DNA of 64,000 nt from Larus michahellis (lineage: Eukaryota): NCBI RefSeq assembly GCF_964199755.1, contig NC_133896.1, positions 203,271,471 through 203,335,470 on the forward strand, read 5' to 3'. Below are positions 1 through 12,035 of the stretch, piece after piece. The notes under the pieces are model-generated. The model did not search any database, had not been told where the DNA came from, and worked only from the letters and a program-made list of their open reading frames with translations. Both the position numbers and the translations under genes were made by a program. Each line of letters begins with the position of its first letter. The stretch's first letter is position 1.

Positions 1-2049
1 TCAGGCACAAAATGAGTCAGAAGTCCTTTTTTAATTAATTGAGAAAGATGGATAAAATAAAGTCTAATGCAAATATAAGACTATTTGGCTGTTGAATGAC
101 TCTATATCCTGTACTTGGAGAGTGATACAAAAATGTAGCTTGTGTTAAGATGGGAGATTGATCATTATACTAAATATACATACACAGCCTACACACACAG
201 TGTATGTATGTGTGTACATATACACACACTGATCCATCAACATTATTTTACTCAACATTGCTATTTCTTTCCTCTGTATCCCTTACAAATAATAGAACAC
301 TTCCAAAAATTTTTATACTGCTGTAGTTTCTATAAGAAGTAGCAATGGGCTAAAACCAACTTGTACAGAAAGGAGCATCACCATGTCATTAAAAAGCAGT
401 TAAGGTTACCCATTTCCACTGGGGAATGTCACGAGCCTGTTGTTTTAGTACAAAAACAACTGCGGTGCATTGTGAAAGGCTTTCAGATATACTGAGAGGA
501 AACATTTCCAAACTTTTATTGCTTGTCCTCTTAAGTAGGACGTGTTTGTGTCGTTTATCAGCAGGTCTCACTCCCCAGCCCAATCCCATCCCAGGAGTGC
601 TGTCTCTCCTGCTACCACTACTATCGGCTCCAGTAACACCAGGACCATGAATGACAAGGGCTTCTCTGTGCAGTGCTCTCCATCTCTCCCGCTTCTGCAA
701 CTGTGACACGGGAACACACCCACTGGCCTTATGCTGGCCGTGACAGTGGCCGACTCGGTGCGTCTGCCTCGACTTTGTATGGGACTTGGGAATCTGCAAG
801 CTGGGAACCACTACTCTAAAGCAGACTACGTAAAATATACTCCACTGAATATAACACACAGCTTTTTCTAGCCATTTCAGAAGTTTGGACTGGGTGCGAG
901 TACCCGTCTTGCCCTGTATTTCTGAAGCACAGGAGCATGGTCCCCATTGAAGAGCAACGGATAGGTGACCTGATGCAACTAGAGCCCACACTGCAAAGCT
1001 ACAACCAACACATAATGGGTAAGGCACACGCATGCAGTAAAGCTAACTGCACCAACCCAGGCTGGAAACATCAAATGCATACAGCTCAGAACCTGCTGCA
1101 GAACAGGCTGCTTGGACAAGGAAGATGACAGAAAGAATGGACATTACACACCTTTCTAAGAGATGGGACTTGATGTATTCTGGTACTCTTTAGAAGTGTG
1201 TGGAATAGTATGACTCCCCCCCAGCCTACAGATTTTAGTTTCCACTGCTGGGAGGGGGAGGAGAAAGAAAAAAAGGAGTCCTCTTCTTTCCAACCTGATT
1301 GATTATTTTGACCAACACTTCATACAGGCAAAGCTATAAATACTGTATTACCTTGAAAGCATAACATTCTTAAGCCATCAAGATATTTCAGCCAAGATGC
1401 AACCTAATCATCACAAATACCCAAGAAATTCTTGATCTGAAGGTTCTCCAATGTTTCAAAACAATGTTTCTCCAATGTTTCAAAACCCTGATGTATTACA
1501 CTAAGCAGGCAGAATTCTATACTATCACGTACCTGACTGAAGCCTAAAATAAAATCCATACATTATTAAAATAAACAATTTTCAGACACAAAATCATTAA
1601 AAAAAAAAAAGCTTTGTTAATTACTTTTTGTATTTGATGTTTAGGAAATTTTAGAAGAACTTCAACCAGCCTAGGCTGCTTTCAAAGAAAGAAAAGAAGG
1701 TATAGTATTTCTGTCTAAACAAAGTAAAGACCACCACAGAGTTATTTTAATTGGAAGAAGTCTCTCTTATTTTAAGAGGTCTTCCACATATTTTATAAGC
1801 CAGTAAACGCAGTCTCACTAAACATACCCTGAAACCACCTCCAAGCTCTCCATTATATTAAATCCTGCTCATTCCTGCACTCAAACACTTTACATCAAAA
1901 CACTACTGCAGTTCCCCCTTAAGAGCAGAGAGTAATTTAACAATGCAGACAAAACAAGACACCTTAGTAAAGACACTCCAGATTTAGTCTCTTTAGCCAA
2001 AGCCGTAAGATACAAAAAGCTTCCTTGCAAAATTACGCGCGGCGTGTTT

Positions 2050-3100
2050 TAACTTACAATTATAACGGAACTACTATTTTTGCATGGTCGGTGAAGGAAA
2101 ATCTGCCTGAGCAGCCCGCACTGCCCACCCGCCCGCAGGGAAAGCCAGGGAAAGGCTCCCAGGCCCACCCCGCCGCCAGCCCGCGGCTCACAGCCGCTCC
2201 CGGACACCTCCCCGCGGACCCGGGCGAAACCTGACCCCCGGGCAGCCGCCGGCCACGCTGAGGAGGCGGCCGGGCCGCCCGCCAGCCCCGCTGCCGCGGC
2301 CTCCCCGAGGGACCTGCCACCGCCCCGCCCGGGGGGCCCGCCGCGGTGCCGGGAGAGCGGCCGGAGGCGCCGCGCACTCACCCCCTCGGTCTTCACGTCG
2401 AGGATCTTCTCCACCTCGAACACGTCCTCCTCCTCCTCGCTCTCGCCGCCGCCACTGGCCTCCCCGCCGGCTGCCGCTCCCGCCGCCTTGCCAGCCCCGC
2501 TGCTGTCTTCCTCCCCGTCCTCCTCATCCTCCGCCGCAGCCGCCGTCTCCTCCTCTTCCTCCGCCCCCTCCAGCCTGGCCGCCGCCGCCTCAGCTCCGCT
2601 CCCGGCCGCCGCCGCCGCCATTTTGGGCCGAATTTCAAACGACAACGGTGAAAAGCGGCTGCGACATCCACCGTGGGGCCAGGAGGGAGCGAAGCAGCGG
2701 CCCCAGCCAATAGGCGCCCCGCCAGCCCGTGACGTGCAGGGGCGGGGCCCCCAGCCCCGAGGCCTCCGTGCCCTCAGCGGCGGCGGGAGGCCCCGCCGGG
2801 GCCGCGGGATCCCGCTGGTCCCGCCCCGGGGCGGGCTGTTTTCAGGCCCGGGGGCCCGCCGCAGTGCCGGGAGCCCTGGTCCTGTCAGTAGGGGGTCTCC
2901 CGGGGCCCCCTTTCTCCAAAGCCTGATCGGCCCCCGCCTCAGGTCTCGCTGCCGGGCGCACGGCCCCGCTCCAGAGAAGGGAGGCGGTTCCCGGCGGCGC
3001 TGGAAGGCACGTTGGCGCTGCCGACCTGCCTCGCAGGAGGTGCGGTGGCCGGGTGTGCCTGGCTTGTCCGAATAAAATGACGAGAGCGTGCGGAGTGTCC
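2050..3100. promoter_or_regulatory. MPHOSPH8: CpG island and promoter of MPHOSPH8. Contains a CCAAT box (about 2708-2716), GC boxes (gggcggggcc about 2740) and a CRE-like tgacgtg immediately upstream of the minus-strand ATG.
   Basis: Very high GC and CpG density compared with the AT-rich flanks. The MPP8 start codon lies at its lower edge. The long ORFs in all frames here are GC-driven artefacts. Confidence 0.7.
2382..2621 (-). CDS. MPHOSPH8: MPHOSPH8 (M-phase phosphoprotein 8) coding exon 1, 80 aa: MAAAAAGSGAEAAAARLEGAEEEEE...SEEEEDVFEVEKILDVKTEG. The donor is GTGAGT (intron begins at 2381). The gene continues towards position 1 and beyond.
   Basis: ATG at 2621-2619 in a strong Kozak context (aaaATGG). 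An Ala/Glu-rich low-complexity N-terminus is followed by the start of the chromodomain, EDVFEVEKILD.KTEG. Human MPP8 reads EDVFEVEKILDMKTEGGKVLYKVRWKGY, recalled from memory. Confidence 0.8.
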
Positions 3101-3254
3101 CGGTACAAAGGTGTTTGCCCTCGGCTGGGTGAGGTTTTGGGGAAACGCACAAGAAAGACGTACACGGACGCCTTAGGATGAAGTCCTGTTGGGGAATGGT
3201 GTTTCTCACGAGGAAAAAGAACCCTTTTAAATCTCATCGTATTTTGCATGTTAC

Positions 3255-3640
3255 AATACTGAAAGTTGGGGTTGTTCAGCCTGGAGAAGAGAAGGCTCCA
3301 GGGAGACCTTATAGTGGCCTTCCAGTACCTAAAGGGGGCCTACAGGAGAGATGGGGAGGGACTTCTTACAAGGGCATGTAGTGATAGGACGAGGGGTAAT
3401 GGCTTCAAACTGGAAGAGGGTAGATTTAGATTAGAAGATTAGCAAGAAATTCTTTCCTGTGAGGGTGGTAAGACACTGGAACAGGTTGCCCAGAGAAGCT
3501 GTGGATGCCCCATCCCGGGAAGTGTCCAAGGCCAGGTTGGATGGGGCTTTGAGCAGCCTGGTCTAGTGGGAGGTGTCCCTGCCCATGGCAGGGGGGTGGA
3601 CTAGATGATCTTTAAGGTCTCTTCCAAGCTAAACCATTTT
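3255..3640 (+). mobile_element. CR1 LINE 3' fragment
   Basis: Matches the 3' end of the CR1 copy at 8900-9290 (…ggtagatttagattagaag…ggttgcccagagaagctgtggatgccccatcc…ggactagatgatctttaaggtctcttccaa). This is the typical avian CR1 terminus. Confidence 0.8.
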
Positions 3641-4089
3641 ATGAAAATATTTGCTTTTAGGTAAGCACAGCTTCTTTTTAATGTAACATGCAGGAGAAAC
3701 GAAAGACAATCTTGTAAGAAAAAGCAAATAAACCACACCCCCTTTGCTTATTCAACTACCTTTGCTAGAGCCAGAGTGTTAATATATTACAGTTTCTTAA
3801 GGAATACATGTCACTGAAATGAAACTCAGGCTTTAGAGTGAATGTATACTTTTCGTACATACCCTTTATGGGATGTATCATTGCAACAGTGAAAACACCA
3901 AACTATTTGAATAATTAACTGCAATAAAAGAAAAACTATTTTATTTATGATTTTGCCAGCACTTTCTAAGGTAACTAGTAATGCAACAATTGACCATACT
4001 GTGGAATAAGTACTAAATTGGCCAAGAATACAAAAGTACAGCATTGTTCACACATTAAGGAAAGTCATAAAATCAAGAGGCTTCTGAGG

Positions 4090-5230
4090 TAGAATACAGC
4101 CGCAGCTGGCACATGAAGAATGCCACATCTGCGATTCCCTGTACAAGGCTGTTTGCGAAACTACACGAGGGATGGAACAGAATACGATTGTTCCGTGGCC
4201 TTCCCTTGTGACAAATAGCAGACATGGGGACGAGATGGTACTACGGAACAGATAAGCGGCCTACACGCTACCCGAGCCAACATTTCGTCAAATGTTGATG
4301 AAATGCTGTCCTTTGTGCGAACTTTGCTCATTTAATGTCATTATAATACCAAAACACACCTTCATCCCGAAGGCTACCCACCTCCAAGGTGTGACCACTC
4401 CCTCTTGAGTCTGCGCCCTGAATTTCTCGTAAACTATACCTTTAATTGTGAAGTGAGAGAATTTTACACCAATCATAATAAAAGTACGTATGACTAAAGT
4501 CACTCAAACCCCACCTTGAAGATAACAAATAGTATAAAAATAGCCCGAGAGAGGGGGGATACCCAGGGAAGACACCATCGTGAAGAATTCCATCACTGAT
4601 TTCTGGGATCAGTCGACGGGCCGAGCCTTTCTTCCCCCCCATAGGGACGCCTTTGGGTAAGACTTAGATTATACCGAGTGTTTCCTCGGGGAACTTAGAA
4701 ATTTCTCTAGAGAATCTCTATCCTACATTTATAGCCAGGCTGTATCGTTTATAACTTTGTCACGCATTTTGTATACTTAACAATATCTTTATTTGCACGT
4801 GCTTTGCAGACAGTGTATTTATCACCGGCAATCCTAAGAACCTGTATATCTGTTGTTTAAATAAACTGCACTGTTTAAGTAGCTACTCGTTTCGCTTTCT
4901 CACTGAGCGCGACCAAAGACTCCAGAGTGGCCGTGCTAGTTCAGGAGCACGACTAGACTGAAGGTGCAGTCCACTATTAGCGTATCCAAATCTAATAGTT
5001 TAATACATGTTAAACACAATTGGACTGATAGCGCTGAATTGGGCATCACTCAGAATTTAAACCTAGCCGCACCTAGGTGAGGAGTGTTAGAACGCAAGGG
5101 GGTTTATCTTCTGCCAAAACCGCTTTGCCCCTTTTCACGCAACACCATACAAAGACGTAGCAGCAGATTTAGAAGCTAGTTTATCATTGTCTACATTAAG
5201 GAGTCTTTCTAGCTCTTGAGAAACCCACAT
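4090..5230 (+). mobile_element. CpG-rich segment of about 1.1 kb. Putative solo LTR/ERV remnant or unannotated non-coding transcription unit.
   Basis: CpG retention is much higher than in surrounding intergenic DNA. TATA box tataaaaatagcccgagag at about 4531. AATAAA at about 4859 (aataaactgcactgtttaag). No long ORF and no recognisable primer-binding site. It lies between the PARP4 polyA site and the MPHOSPH8 promoter. Confidence 0.3.
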
Positions 5231-6335
5231 CCTAGCTCTTCTCAGATAGAAAGTGTAGTACAAATCTTTCCTTGGTATTATTTACAAAAAAAAGGCAGTA
5301 TCTCACACATGTGAAAACAAGGATTCAGAGCACCTTAGAAACAGAAGGCCCTCAGGATATCCCTCTTGGCAACCTCCTCTACAAGACCAAGTGTTTATAC
5401 TCCACAGCCTTGGCAAATGTTTGCTTAAATTCTCCTGTAAAACATCTATGAAAGAGATTCCACAGTTTTCCTTAGTAACCTCTTACAACACTTTGGTATT
5501 ATTGCTCGGGAGCGCTCTCCGTTTGCTAGGGCAGTGTAGTGCATTACGTACGGTGGCTGTGGAATCTCCTGCTTCTGAATACTTTCAATGGTTGGACAAA
5601 CAAGTGTTGAGTATGTTCTGTCCACACTTGATCCCTCCTCTCTGCAAGCAATCATACTAAGTCTCTAACTACATTTCCTCAGATCACAAAGTACCAAGGT
5701 GTGATTCTGTGCAGCTCCTTAATTTAGAAGAGGTAATGTATTCATTCAAACACCTGTGAAAAGCCTATTAAATTAAAATAAATCACTTTTAGTCTGGTTT
5801 TGTTATTAGGCTTCGGTGTTTGATCTAGTGTAAAATAAAACTAATCAGTTAGGTTTTCAGCAGAATACAAACTAACATCAGGAAAAAAACCCCTCATTCC
5901 TCCTAACAAAACTGACCTATGTATTCACGATTTGAGCTATGACTGATCAGAAAAGCAGTGCAGGAGAAAAATAACTGTTCTGCTGTTTGCATTTCAAGGC
6001 ACACTGTAGGAATTGCAAAACCATCCAATTGAAAACACGGATATGTTATAAAGATATTTATTAGTTCTTTGGTTATCACATTCTTGTATCTGTCAAAACA
6101 TCTCCTGCCATATTTAACTGAATTACTACATTATGCTTTCTTCACTGGGCCATTAAAGAAGTACATAAGATCTTAGAAGAAATCAAAACAAAGATATTGT
6201 AAAAGGACTTTCATAATGTGCAACGAACCAGAGAGATTAATGTAAAAAAATGAAATATTAGGTATTTTTAACAGAGTTACAGGTAAGTAAAATACTACAT
6301 ATATGTAAAATCAAGACTTACTAACTATAAGACCC

Positions 6336-6341
6336 TTTATT
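6336..6341 (-). terminator. PARP4: PARP4 polyadenylation signal AATAAA (plus-strand tttatt)
   Basis: First canonical AATAAA downstream of the TAA stop (6506-6508) on the minus strand. Implies a 3' UTR of about 190 nt. Confidence 0.5.
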
Positions 6342-6505
6342 TCCATATCTTTAAGTCTGTGACTATGAGAATTATTATTCAATAATAATATCAGATCAAA
6401 TGTTCTCAATTTAAACATTTTATGTAAAACTGCAAAGAAAGCTAACGCTGCTATTATCTTAAAGAATTATGCAATTAAATATTTTCAGAAGAAAGAGAAC
6501 TGAAG

Positions 6506-6656
6506 TTAGATAAACTTGATACCCAATATCTTCTGGGTGGCAGAATCCCAGTCTTTCCCAAGTTCAAGTCGATAGCAAATAGATGGAAATTGCCTTTCAG
6601 CTCTTCTTACCCACTCGATTGCTTTCTTGATCGACTCACAAGCCCAATGAACACCA
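6506..6656 (-). CDS. PARP4: PARP4 terminal coding exon: (x)GVHWACESIKKAIEWVRRAERQFPSICYRLELGKDWDSATQKILGIKFI*
   Basis: Acceptor tttctacacacag|TGG. Matches the human PARP4 C-terminus …IPWAFEAIKQASEWVRRTEGQYPSICPRLELGNDWDSATKQLLG… (recalled). Stop TAA at 6508-6506. Confidence 0.75.
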
Positions 6657-7072
6657 CTGTGTGTAGAAATGAAGTTTTGTTATAACACTGTCTTGTAAAT
6701 CCACCAAACGAGCAAGAAGAAAATTATATCTTCTAACGATAATTATTTGAAATAGAAAATTTTCTATAGTATGATAATCCAGCCTGTATAAAATATCATC
6801 AGATGCAGAAAACATCATCATCTGAGCCGCCCTATCTTTTTAGAAGGGAAATACGTAGACTCTTAATTGTTACTTGCATTTCATAAAGGCAAACTTCACT
6901 TCTTTGTACATTCACATACGTTAGAATTGCTTTCATCCAGCAGTCAATGCAATTTTATTTGTAATCCTGGCTACAGTAGCTAAAAGTATACAATCAATTT
7001 TTCCCTCTGTCAAGGAGTTTCAAAAGAGGGAGGAGGATCTCCAGGGCTCTCCTAACTGTTTCTTTGTCCTGT

Positions 7073-7390
7073 TGTCCTGGTTTCAGCTGGGATGAAGTTA
7101 ACTTTTTTTTTTATTTTTATCAACTGGTGTAATGCTATGTTTGGGATTTGGGACAGGAATAGTGTGATAAGGAACCCATGGTTTTGGTTGTTGCTCAGCA
7201 CTCAAGGCCGTTTCTGCTCTTCACACCGCCCCACCATCGAGCAGGCTGGGGGGGCACAAGAAGTTGGGGGAGACACAGCTGGCACAGCTGACCCCAACTG
7301 ACCAAAGGGATATTCCATGCCATGGGACGTCATGCTCAGTATATAAAGCTGGGGGAAGAAGAAGGAAGGGGGGATGTTCAGAGTTAGGAA
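7073..7390 (+). mobile_element. ERV LTR, truncated copy (about 318 bp) of the same family as 19423-19999
   Basis: Starts TGTCCTGGTTTCAGCTGGGATG and is more than 95% identical to the first 310 bp of the second copy. It diverges after …gggggatgttcagagtt, where a CR1 begins. TATA-like tataaagctggggg is present. Confidence 0.75.
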
Positions 7391-9290
7391 ATGCACAGGT
7401 AGTGGGAGCAGGGACAGGTATCCTGGAACGCTGCCTGATTGTGTAGGGATGGGGTCAGGAAGGCCAAGGCATACCTGGAGCTGAACTTGGCAAGGGACGC
7501 AAAGAACAATAAGGGCTTCTACAAGTATGTCAGCCAGAAAAGGAAGGTCAAAGAAAACATTCTCCCCCAATGAGCAAGACTGGCAAACTGGTAACAATGG
7601 ACGAGGAGAAGGCTGAGGCACTCAACAACTTTTCTGCCTCAGTCTTCACTGGCAGCCTCTCTCCCCACACCCCTTGAGCGGATGGATCCCAAGACAGGAA
7701 CTGGGAGAGCAAAGTCCCTCCCACTGTAAGAAAAGACCAGGTTCATGACCACCTGAGGAACCTGAACATACAGAAGTCCATAGGACCTGACAAGATGCAT
7801 GCCAGAGTCCTGAAGGAATTGGCTGATGTAGTTGCCAAGCCACTCTCTGTAATATTTGAAAAGTCATGGCAGTCAGGCAAAGTCCCTTGTGACTGGAAAA
7901 GGGGAAACATCGCACCCATTTTCAAGAAGAATAGAAAGGAGGACCTTGGGAACTACCAAACTGTCAGCCTCACCTCTGTGCCTGGGAAGATCATAGAACA
8001 GATCCTCCCAGAAGCTATGCTAAGGCACATGGAGGACAAGGAGGTGATTTGAGACAGCCAGCATGGCTTCAACCTATGGCCTTCTATGACGGAATGACTA
8101 CATCAGTGGACAAGGGAAGAGCTAAGGATGTCTGTCTATCTGGACTTCTGTAAGACTTTTCACATGGTTCCCCACAACATCCTTCTCTCTAAATTGGAGA
8201 GATATGGACTTGATGGGTAGACTGTTTGGTGGACGAGGAGTTGGTTGGATGGTCACACCCTGAGAATAGTGGTCAACGGCTCAATGTCCAGATGGAGATC
8301 AGTGACAAGTGGTGTCCCTCAGGGGTCCATATTGGGACCAGTACTGTTTAATATTTTCATCAATTACTTGATCTTGAGTGGGATCGAGTGCACTCCCATC
8401 AAGTTTGCAGATGACACGTGGCTAAGTGATGCTGTTGACACGCCTGAGGGACAGGATGGCATCCAGAGGGACCTGAACAAGCTCAAGAAGTAGGCCTGTG
8501 TGGTTCAACATGAGGTTGTTCAACCTCATGGGATTCAACAAGGCCAAGTGCAGGGTCCTGCAGCTGGGTCAGAACAATCCTCAGTATCAATACAGGCTGG
8601 CGAATGAAGGGATTGAGAACAGTCCTGAGGAGAAGGACTTGGGAGTACTGGGGGATGAAAAGCTGGACATGAGCAAACAATGTGCACTCACAACCCAGAA
8701 GGCCAACTGTACCTTGGGCTGCATCAAGAGAAGTGTGGCCAGCAGGTCAAGGGAGGTGATTCTGCCCCTCTATTCCACTCTGGTGAGACCCCTCCTGGGG
8801 TACTGCATACAGCTCTGGAGCCCTCATCACAGGAAAGACATGGACCTGTTGGAGCAGGTCCAGAGGAGGGCCACAAAAATCATCAGAGGGCTGGAGCACC
8901 TCTCCTGTGAGGACAGGCTGAGAGAGCTGGGGTTATTCAGCCTGGAGAGGAGAAGGCTTCAGGGAGACCTTATTGTGACTTTTCAATACTTAAAGGGAGC
9001 CTACAGGAAAGATGGGGACAAACTTTTTAACAGGGTCTGTTGCGATAGGACAGGGGGTAATGGTTTTAAACTAAAAGAGGGTAGATTTAGACTAGATATA
9101 AGGAAGAAATTTTTTACACTAAGCGGGGGTGAAACAGTGGAACAGGTTGCCCAGAGAGCTGGGTAGATGCCCCATCCCTGGAAACATTCAAGGTCAGATT
9201 GGACAAGGCTCTGAGCAACATCATCTAGTTGAAGATGTCCCTACTCATTGCAGGGGGGTTGGACTAGATGACCTTTAAAGGTCCCTGCCA
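7391..9290 (+). mobile_element. CR1 LINE, 5'-truncated, containing degenerate ORF2 reverse-transcriptase remnants
   Basis: ORF fragments at 7795..8052, 8245..8493 and 8498..9166 on the plus strand. RT motifs are present (…SYLTNRKQ-like, [22 protein letters not shown]1-typical C-terminus). Canonical CR1 3' tail at 9150-9290. Stops and frameshifts mean it is not intact. Confidence 0.85.
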
Positions 9291-10091
9291 ACCCAAACTA
9301 TTCTATGATTCTGTGAGTTGGCCCTGCTTTAAGGAAGAGATAAGAAGTATCAACTATCTTATATTACTTTCTATACTTCTTAATTTTTGTATCGTATTTT
9401 GCAAAGCATTCCTTCCTCCATCCATCCTCTTAAAAGAAGCTCCATGCCACCAATATGATTAATACCTTCCATTCCCTTTCCTACAGCCATATCCTGTAGT
9501 ATAGTCATTGACTCTCCATAACGAAATTAATCTTCTGTATCTTGACATTTATATTACTACATTAAATTATAAAATTTTATTTAAAAGCACACCTTGAATT
9601 AGATGAATCATCCAGTTTCATCAGAGTTTTGAAAACTATCCCTTTCAATTCCTTTCTGCAGCGTATGAACTGTAGCACAAGAAGAGTAGCAATCAACTGC
9701 AGTAGCTTTTCTTTTCCATTTGGGCCTAAGGAAGAAGAAAAGGGAAGCAGTATTACTATTTAAATGATTTCTGGACAACAGAAAAGGTACTTTCTACAAA
9801 GTACTCCATATCACTTTAAAACATCAATTGTCCTAATGCAATTTAATTGTTTCACCATACAATCACTACTATCAGGAGTATTCACATTAGTGATTTGACA
9901 AACATGCTCCTGGCTTTCAAACTTAAACTTGGTTATGCTTTGTTGCGATTTCTGCAGTTTGTGTTTGCTTGGGTTCTAATCTACTTTGATTTTAATACAT
10001 GCAATAATGGGAAACTTGTAAGATTTTTGTCCTTAGGTGAAGCATTGTGCTCTCTACTAATTTAGAAAGAAGGAATCGCCTTCTTTCCCCC

Positions 10092-10178
10092 CCAGGTTTT
10101 CTGGTCTGCTGCCAGCAAAGAGCACCAACTGACAGACTCAAACAGCAAAGTGTGTATAGGCAGAGTGCATACTGGATG
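10092..10178 (-). CDS. PARP4: Candidate PARP4 C-terminal exon: HPVCTLPIHTLLFESVSWCSLLAADQKTW…. The 3' boundary is unresolved.
   Basis: Acceptor gcctgcag|CAT in phase 0. The peptide resembles human …IVCTQHWQDAVPWTELLSLQTEDGFW… (recalled). An in-frame TAA follows a G7 homopolymer with no canonical GT donor before it. Confidence 0.35.
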
Positions 10179-11289
10179 CTGCAGGCAGTGCGTGCATGGG
10201 GAACAACTACATAAATATTATTCATATTATTTGAAATGTGAGAAGCAGAAGTGATCTCTGCCTCTCTCCTAGGAGAGACTTTTCTTCTTTATTTTTTTTA
10301 GTAGATATTAATATAGCAGATACAATAATTGAGATAAAAGAACCTCTGTTGCTACTCCAACTGTCTCTCACATCCTCCACATATTTCTACAGGAGATGTC
10401 CTTAGCAATCAGGACACTATATCATGAGAGAAGCTGAGAATAAACTGTATTATTAAAATCAGGCAGTTTTGAAAACTTTGAATTAAGAGATCCATTTAAA
10501 TTTTGAGTATATCTTATTGAGAGTTCCACTAGACATACAGAGTAATAACACATACAGATAGGAAATATAATAAAATATACTGCTTTTGAATGACAGAAAA
10601 GTATTTACCAAGTGACTGAATGCCTTTTTTAATAAGGAAATTGTTAATTAAATCATCAGCATCAAACTTCAAGATTTTTCCCAACTGTAGACTGAGATTC
10701 CAAGAGCCATCCTACGGGATAAACAAAGATATGGATAAGCCAAAGATTCAGGACACTGAAAGTGTATTTGTCAAAAACAAAACAGACATAGGAGAATTAC
10801 TTTAATTACTTTTTAAAAAGCTTACATAAACACAAAATCTGAAATCCACATAAGACAAGAGTGTCCAACTGAGGGCATCCCATGGTGGCTTCTTCACTTG
10901 GGTCATATAATACTCTTGAAAACCTCCTTCTGTGTATTATTTACAGATACTGAGTGTTGTGACCCACAACAGTGTCGGAACAGGGATGTCTCTCACCACA
11001 AGGGACATACCAAAACAACAAAGCTAAACAGTACCTGCTCTGACTCCTACTTGCAGGATTCTTGGACAGTACCGTTTCATTTAGCTTCCCTAGCAATGGG
11101 TCTGACTGTCCATGGGAAGTTCCTGCTGCAACATCTCTCAGTCCAATCCTCTAAAACCCAACTACTTTTTATTTTCTTGCATAATGTGCTTCTCCTGTAT
11201 GTTTTTATACTTGTTCCAAGCTGCAAACAGGTTCTGAAGGTGTATTACTACCTGTTGGCCCTGAGTTTATACTGTTCCTTATATATCCA

Positions 11290-12035
11290 TTGCCAAGTAG
11301 CCCATGGAAGCAATAAAACATAGCAAGACTGATGTCATCATATACTTGTAAAATCTGTTTATAAACATTTTATAAATGCATATTACTTTATCTCAGGACA
11401 GGATTACTTTAGTAAAAATATTTTTTCCTTCTACTTGTATTTTAAGTAATACACAAATAGACTATGGGTGCTGTACCTGATTTTGGAGTGCAAACATTTT
11501 TTTCCAGTTCACAGAAGTCAACTCAATTCTCTGTTGAATCCTTGCTTTCTTTGTTGTTCTAGAGCACCGTGGTTGTTCCTGGAGAGGATAATGTTCATTA
11601 AGAATATTACTGCCGTTACTCATGTAGCTACTACATCCTGATACAAAGTAATTGCATTTTAAAGTTTAAAAACCATGTCTCTTTTTAAAAAGAAACCTCT
11701 TTTTCTGGTTGAAAAAGGTTCATTCTCTCCCTGTGGAGAGCCTTTGCACAAACATCAGCTACAGCTGCAGAAAGTTCCTGTTTAACAAAATTACAAGGAA
11801 TGAAATAATTCCAGAGTTAGTGAGACATTTTTCTCTTTTTAATCAAAGCTGTATGTCTTGAATTATGCACATTATCGTTATACTGTTATTTGTATGTTCA
11901 AAATGAAAATAAATACATATTGTTTAAAATAAAAATTTCTTACCCTGTTCTACCTTACACTGGTCAAATACAGAGTAAAATTTGACTCTGGAGATGTTAT
12001 CTCCACAGGTTGGCTCTGATTCTATCCTGTTTCTT
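11290..12035. repeat. Proximal copy (A) of a local tandem duplication. It lacks the exon-bearing segment.
   Basis: 11290-11740 aligns with 12040-12425 (for example gactgatgtcatcat…, ctcaggacaggattacttt / ctcagggcagggctgaag, catgtagctactacatcctgatacaaagtaattgc / catatagctactactcatgatacaaagtaatgcc). 11741-12000 aligns with 14440-14700, including a degenerate copy of the big-exon acceptor (ttcctgtttaacaaaattacaagg). Confidence 0.7.

Noticed and set aside
389-1033. 214-aa minus-strand ORF in MPHOSPH8 intron 1
   Set aside because: It has no similarity to MPP8 exon 2 (GKVLYKVRWKGY…) or any recognisable domain, and no splice-site support. It is probably a chance ORF or repeat-derived. MPP8 exon 2 could not be located in 1-2381.
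1435-1490. Direct 22-bp duplication tctccaatgtttcaaaac(aa)tgtttctccaatgtttcaaaac
   Set aside because: A trivial intronic microduplication with no further structure. Similar short direct repeats occur at about 29560-29610.
2049-3249. Long ORFs in the MPHOSPH8 CpG island: 2049..3209- (386 aa), 2488..3075+, 2060..2377-, 2393..2710-, 2842..3249- and others
   Set aside because: They are GC-rich, stop-poor sequence. Only the 80 codons MAAAAAG…VKTEG, ending at a GTGAGT donor, are real MPHOSPH8 coding sequence. The remainder is promoter, 5' UTR or intron.
6636-6821. ORF …RYNFLLARLVDLQDSVITKLHFYTQW… overlapping the PARP4 terminal exon in another frame
   Set aside because: A stop and frame incompatibility exist with the well-supported terminal exon frame (GVHWACESIKKAIEWVRR…). 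The resemblance to …LLDLIATMLVLQF… is weak.
7264-7446. Identical small ORFs MGETQLAQLTPTDQRDIPCHGTSCSVYKAGGRRRKGGCSEL at 7264..7446 and 19609..19827
   Set aside because: Both lie in the two LTR copies and are repeat-derived, not a conserved host gene.
7795-9166. ORFs with reverse-transcriptase motifs at 7795..8052, 8245..8493 and 8498..9166
   Set aside because: They are fragments of a 5'-truncated CR1 ORF2, interrupted by stops and frameshifts. This is a mobile-element pseudogene, not a cellular gene.
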